A stretch of DNA of 59,963 bases, filler included. It is 5 parts of 5 records of this genome, joined end to end, with 100 filler letters (N's around TTAATTAATTAA, not from the genome) between each part and the next. Parts side by side here need not be neighbours in the genome. Positions count along the whole stretch, not along the records: positions 47,342 to 59,963 come from DRR723986_4962; 4 more parts are not named here. One strand, given 5' to 3'. The translations under genes were made by a program, and so were the position numbers. The notes beneath the pieces were generated by a model. That model saw nothing but the letters and a program-made list of their open reading frames with translations, had not been told where the DNA came from and did no database searches. Shown in pieces: positions 57,960 to 59,963 of the stretch (positions within the stretch are counted from its first letter, which is position 1; each line of letters starts with the position of its first letter).

Positions 57960-59732
57960 CTACCGCTCATTCATGCGCGGGACGATTGCCTGGGCTTCGC
58001 CAGAGCTGAGCGCACGGGCGGTGGCCAGTTCATCCAGCAGGATCTGAATGCGCTTGTCTTGCGTGAGGCTCGAAATCGCGGCCATGGACTCTGCCGTTTG
58101 GGCGGATGCACCGAACAGGCTCTCCAAAGCTTCGAAACCGGATTTGCGATGCGGATAGTAGATCAGGCGCGGCGCGGTATCGGCATCGATTCCAGCCAGT
58201 TCCTTCGCTTTGGCGATCGCATCCGTGAAAGATCCGATTTCATCGACCAGACCGCGGTCCAGAGCATCTTCGCCGCTCCACACATGACCGCGGGCAACGT
58301 CATGGACTTCATCATAGGTCATGCCCCGGCCGTCGGCGACGATCCCGACGAACCGGTCATAGCCGCGCTTCAGTGAAGCCTTCACTTCAGCTTCCTGCTC
58401 CGGCGTGAACCTGTCCATGCCGTAGGCGTCGGCAAATTCCCCGCCTACCGAGACGGTATCGAACGTGACGCCCAGTTTGTTGAAGCCCCCGGCAAGTGCG
58501 AACTTGCCGCCGAAAATGCCGATCGAGCCGGTGATCGTGGAGCGGTTGGCGACAATGTAGTCGGCCCCGGCCGATACATAGTACCCACCGGATGCCGCAA
58601 GGGAGCCCATGGAAACAACCACCGGCTTACCCTTGGCCTGGACGCGCTCAATGGCGTTCCAGATCTGGTCCGAAGCGGTCGGTGAGCCTCCGGGGCTGTC
58701 GACGCGGAACACAATAGCTTTCACTTTTTCATTGTCACCGGCATCCAGAATGGCCCGTGCAACGGTGTCAGACGCGAAAGCGGGCCCGGACTCGAATGGC
58801 GAGCCGGAATTGGTGCCGCCGGTTACGACTGCGCCTTCACCGCCGACAATGGCGATGGCTGGCGCCTTAAGCGGGAGGGAAGGCGGGGTGTAGCTGGCGA
58901 GATCAATGAATTCGGCGTCTTTTCCGGCTTTCTCTTTCGCAGCCTCTTCTGCCTCTTCCGGGTAGCCTTCCTTGTCCATCAGCTTGTTTGCGATGACCTG
59001 CTCTGCCGTCATCGGGCCGCTTTCCAGAGCAGCTTTCACTTCAGGAACGGACAGGCCACGGTCGGCGGCGATATCGTTCAGGGATTGGGTCCACAGCGAC
59101 TCGGCCAGTTGTGTCATGGCTTCACGGTGCGGCGCCGTGTAGCCGCTTTCATTATAGGAGTTCGGCGCATTCTTGTATTCGTAGAAGGGGTAAATCTCCG
59201 GCGTGACGTCGATCTTGTCGAACAGGCCTTTGAGAAATTCCGTCTCGAACGTGACGCCTGCCGCGAAGACTTCGGAGCCAGGCTGGATCCAGACTTCATC
59301 TGCAGGGGTGATCGAACGCAAAGCGGATGGGCCGCCAACACCAAACGTGCCTTGTGTATGAGCAATCACGAATTTTCCGGAGTCACGGAAACTGAGCAGA
59401 GCTTCGCGAAGTTCCTCTGCGCGAGAGCTTCCGATGCCCACGGTTGCCCCTCTCAGATACAGGCCTTTCACTGAGTCATCGGTTTCGGCTGCCTGAAGTT
59501 TGGTCAAAAGGTCCACAAATCCGGGCGTTTCGGAAAAAGCTGCAATTCCGCTGACTGGCGCCTGATCGGAATATTCTGCGTTCAGGTCCATCGACAGCAC
59601 GATGTTGTCCGGCGTGTCGGGCGCCGACGATGTCGCACTGAAAATGATTCCGACGAAGAAAATCACCATCAGGAAAAGGAAAAGAAACATGGCGACGAGG
59701 GCACCTGCCATCGACAGGAAAAAAGTTCTCAT
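57960..59732 (-). CDS. sppA: Signal peptide peptidase SppA (long form)
   Basis: YKNA, RVDSPGGS, SMGSLAASGGYY, TGSIGI; start at MRTFFLSM. Confidence 0.92.
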   Translation of the reverse strand: MRTFFLSMAGALVAMFLFLFLMVIFFVGIIFSATSSAPDTPDNIVLSMDLNAEYSDQAPVSGIAAFSETPGFVDLLTKLQAAETDDSVKGLYLRGATVGIGSSRAEELREALLSFRDSGKFVIAHTQGTFGVGGPSALRSITPADEVWIQPGSEVFAAGVTFETEFLKGLFDKIDVTPEIYPFYEYKNAPNSYNESGYTAPHREAMTQLAESLWTQSLNDIAADRGLSVPEVKAALESGPMTAEQVIANKLMDKEGYPEEAEEAAKEKAGKDAEFIDLASYTPPSLPLKAPAIAIVGGEGAVVTGGTNSGSPFESGPAFASDTVARAILDAGDNEKVKAIVFRVDSPGGSPTASDQIWNAIERVQAKGKPVVVSMGSLAASGGYYVSAGADYIVANRSTITGSIGIFGGKFALAGGFNKLGVTFDTVSVGGEFADAYGMDRFTPEQEAEVKASLKRGYDRFVGIVADGRGMTYDEVHDVARGHVWSGEDALDRGLVDEIGSFTDAIAKAKELAGIDADTAPRLIYYPHRKSGFEALESLFGASAQTAESMAAISSLTQDKRIQILLDELATARALSSGEAQAIVPRMNER

Positions 59733-59927
59733 TGGGGTGTGGTCTCCGGTTCTGACCAAGGGGCGGTTTGATACCTGATATTGTCGATTATCGATAAAAT
59801 GTAAAGGTTCGGCTCTGCTAAGAGGCGAAATTTGCAGCAAAACGCAGGTATCATGAAAGAAGTGCTGGAATGCAGTGCGAAGGGGAGTTGCCAGCGAAAG
59901 AAAGAGTGGCTATCCCGGCGCCTCCGT

Positions 59928-59963
59928 TGGGGTGTCGCCAAGTGGTAAGGCACCGGTTTTTGG
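59928..59963 (+). tRNA. tRNA-Gln(TTG), 5' half, cut by window end
   Basis: TGGGGTG acceptor strand, GCCAAGTGGTAAGGC D-arm, CCGGT-TT-TTG anticodon arm. Confidence 0.85.

Overview
This window is not one genomic locus. It is five unrelated contigs joined by artificial 100-nt linkers (N44-TTAATTAATTAA-N44, stops in all six frames) at 16878-16977, 25052-25151, 38574-38673 and 47242-47341, as in a concatenated metagenome or bin. Contig 1 (1-16877, moderate GC, FCB-group/Kapabacteria-like by gene style) has a VOC protein, a double-OmpA outer-membrane protein, a TolB-like/TPR/AraC regulator with a serine hydrolase, and an SDR. It also has a duplicated uncharacterised module: a divergent 163-aa beta-rich gene plus a 506-aa helical gene, present twice around a class-3 lipase, with a shared intergenic motif. 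Contig 2 (high GC, Rhodobacteraceae-like) has an RTX-Hint protein, iorAB-like genes, alkB and a NuoE/F-like fragment. Contig 3 (Roseobacter-like) has dxs and a translationally coupled operon: TackOD1-like Zn-finger protein, processive GT2 synthase, HlyD-like protein and GalE, followed by an OprB-type porin. This looks like an uncharacterised synthase-dependent exopolysaccharide system. Contig 4 has purine deaminases, mgtE and a 1081-aa protein with a PilP-like end. Contig 5 (Hyphomonas-like) is mostly housekeeping and ends in a partial tRNA-Gln. The two best candidates for a new system are 7705-14050 and 29347-35444. All family and taxon calls come from motif recognition by eye; no searches were run.
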